A stretch of 63,731 bases of DNA, counting the filler, from Octopus bimaculoides (lineage: Eukaryota): the NCBI RefSeq assembly GCF_001194135.2. It is 4 parts of 3 records of this genome, joined end to end, with 100 filler letters (N's around TTAATTAATTAA, not from the genome) between each part and the next. Parts side by side here need not be neighbours in the genome. Positions count along the whole stretch, not along the records: positions 61,794 to 63,731 come from NW_026348488.1; 3 more parts are not named here. One strand, 5' to 3'. Below, piece after piece: positions 62,745-63,731 of this stretch (positions within the stretch are counted from its first letter, which is position 1; each line of letters starts with the position of its first letter). The position numbers and the translations under genes are program-made. The notes under the pieces are model-generated. The model made no database searches. It was not told where the DNA came from and saw nothing but the letters and a program-made list of their open reading frames with translations.

Positions 62745-63172
62745 ACTCCTCGATGATCACACGTGACCTGTGGTCAGCTCATCCTTTCTCCCTTCGGCCA
62801 GCATAAAGGCAAGACGAACTACTATCTCTTTCCGCTCAAGTTCGTCACATCACAGCGTTCAGTATCTCCTCTCGTTCGGCTTAACGGTTTTCACGTTTAA
62901 TTTTTCCTGTCTTGGTTTTTGTTTGCTACTTTGGAATCCTCCGCTTAGCAGGGAAGAGCTATTCTAAGAGCGCGTTCTGCCTCATCTTCGAAACACCTAG
63001 TTTAGAATAGAGGCAGCTGATGAAGGAAAAGTTCCATATGTGGCTCGTCTCTTTTCCTATGTGTTCATTCTCTTGTTGGTAAAAAAAAAGTCCGTTTTTG
63101 TGCTTTGTTTATGTTTCCGTTCCTTATTTGACCAATTTTTTTGACGTCCTGTACCCGAATATGCATCTATAT
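62745..63172 (+). mobile_element. Second copy of the same non-coding element (permuted hammerhead copy 3)
   Basis: Reverse-complement homolog of 3640-4095; ends in atgcatctatat next to a gap. Confidence 0.6.
62955..63040 (+). ncRNA. Hammerhead-ribozyme-like motif, non-circularly permuted (copy 3)
   Basis: GCGC-GUU-CUGCCUC-AUCUUC-GAAAC-AC...GAGGCAG-CUGAUGA-A-GGA. Same subfamily as copy 1, with one G>A change in stem III. Confidence 0.55.
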
Positions 63173-63434
63173 NNNNNNNNNNNNNNNNNNNNNNNNNNNN
63201 NNNNNNNNNNNNNNNNNNNNNNNNNNNNNNNNNNNNNNNNNNNNNNNNNNNNNNNNNNNNNNNNNNNNNNNNNNNNNNNNNNNNNNNNNNNNNNNNNNNN
63301 NNNNNNNNNNNNNNNNNGGGTGTGTGGTAACAAGCTTGCTTTCCAAGCATATGATTTGGGTTCAGTCTCATTGCATGGCACCTTGAGCAATAAATAAATA
63401 AATATATAAATACATATACACATATACATATATA

Positions 63435-63731
63435 TTCTTTACTCTTTACCGACTTTAGTCGAGCAAATCGACCCCAGGACTTATTCTTTGTAAGCTTACT
63501 ACTTATTCTATCGGTCTATTTTCCCGAAACGCTAAGTCACGGGGACGTAAACACACCACCATCGGTTGAAAAGTGATGTTGTGGGGACAAAAACAGACAC
63601 ACAAACATACATATACACATATATGCGACTGCTTCTTTCAGTTTCCGTCCACCAAATCGACTCACAAGGTATTGGTCGCCCCGAGGCTAAAGTGGAAGAC
63701 ACTTGCCGAAGGTGCCACGCAGTTGGACTGA
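63435..63731 (-). mobile_element. SINE family B running off the window end (a plus-strand head also lies at 63319-63390)
   Basis: gtcgagcaaatcgaccccaggacttattc...gacacttgccgaaggtgccacgcag. Confidence 0.85.

Noticed and set aside
1783-63429. Most long ORFs in the supplied track (poly-X, YIYI, HTHT, poly-L/N/R/E)
   Set aside because: They are open only because of N gaps or stop-free microsatellites.
1-63731. CRISPR arrays, operons, rRNA or other prokaryotic systems
   Set aside because: No regularly spaced repeat-spacer array or gene-dense region; the sequence is eukaryotic intronic DNA.

Overview
This is AT-rich, gap-riddled eukaryotic (animal) DNA. It is almost entirely intronic and repetitive. 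The SINE families and dense (TA)/(CA)/triplet microsatellites match what I associate with octopus/coleoid cephalopod assemblies (inference, not a database result). One unambiguous coding exon lies on the minus strand (6771-6981) and encodes the ADAMTS/ADAMTS-like Cys-rich-to-spacer junction. Weaker minus-strand exon candidates upstream (55527-55729, 54843-54889, 46601-46732 and several small ones) may encode a degenerate M12B metalloprotease domain lacking the HExxH zinc ligands. The introns hold decayed transposons: Penelope-like elements (PLE), CR1 and RTE LINEs, mariner DD34D, maT DD37D, MITEs, a probable Helitron/Helentron end and at least four tRNA-derived SINE families. The most striking signal is RNA-level: about nine hammerhead-ribozyme motifs from several PLE-type families. 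Three of them (3.8, 60.4 and 63.0 kb) have the conserved core segments in a non-circularly permuted order (III'-UH-I' / II'-GAAAC-III / I-CUGAUGA-II), with a flanking helix that covaries between subfamilies. Almost all ORFs in the supplied track are microsatellite or N-gap artefacts.
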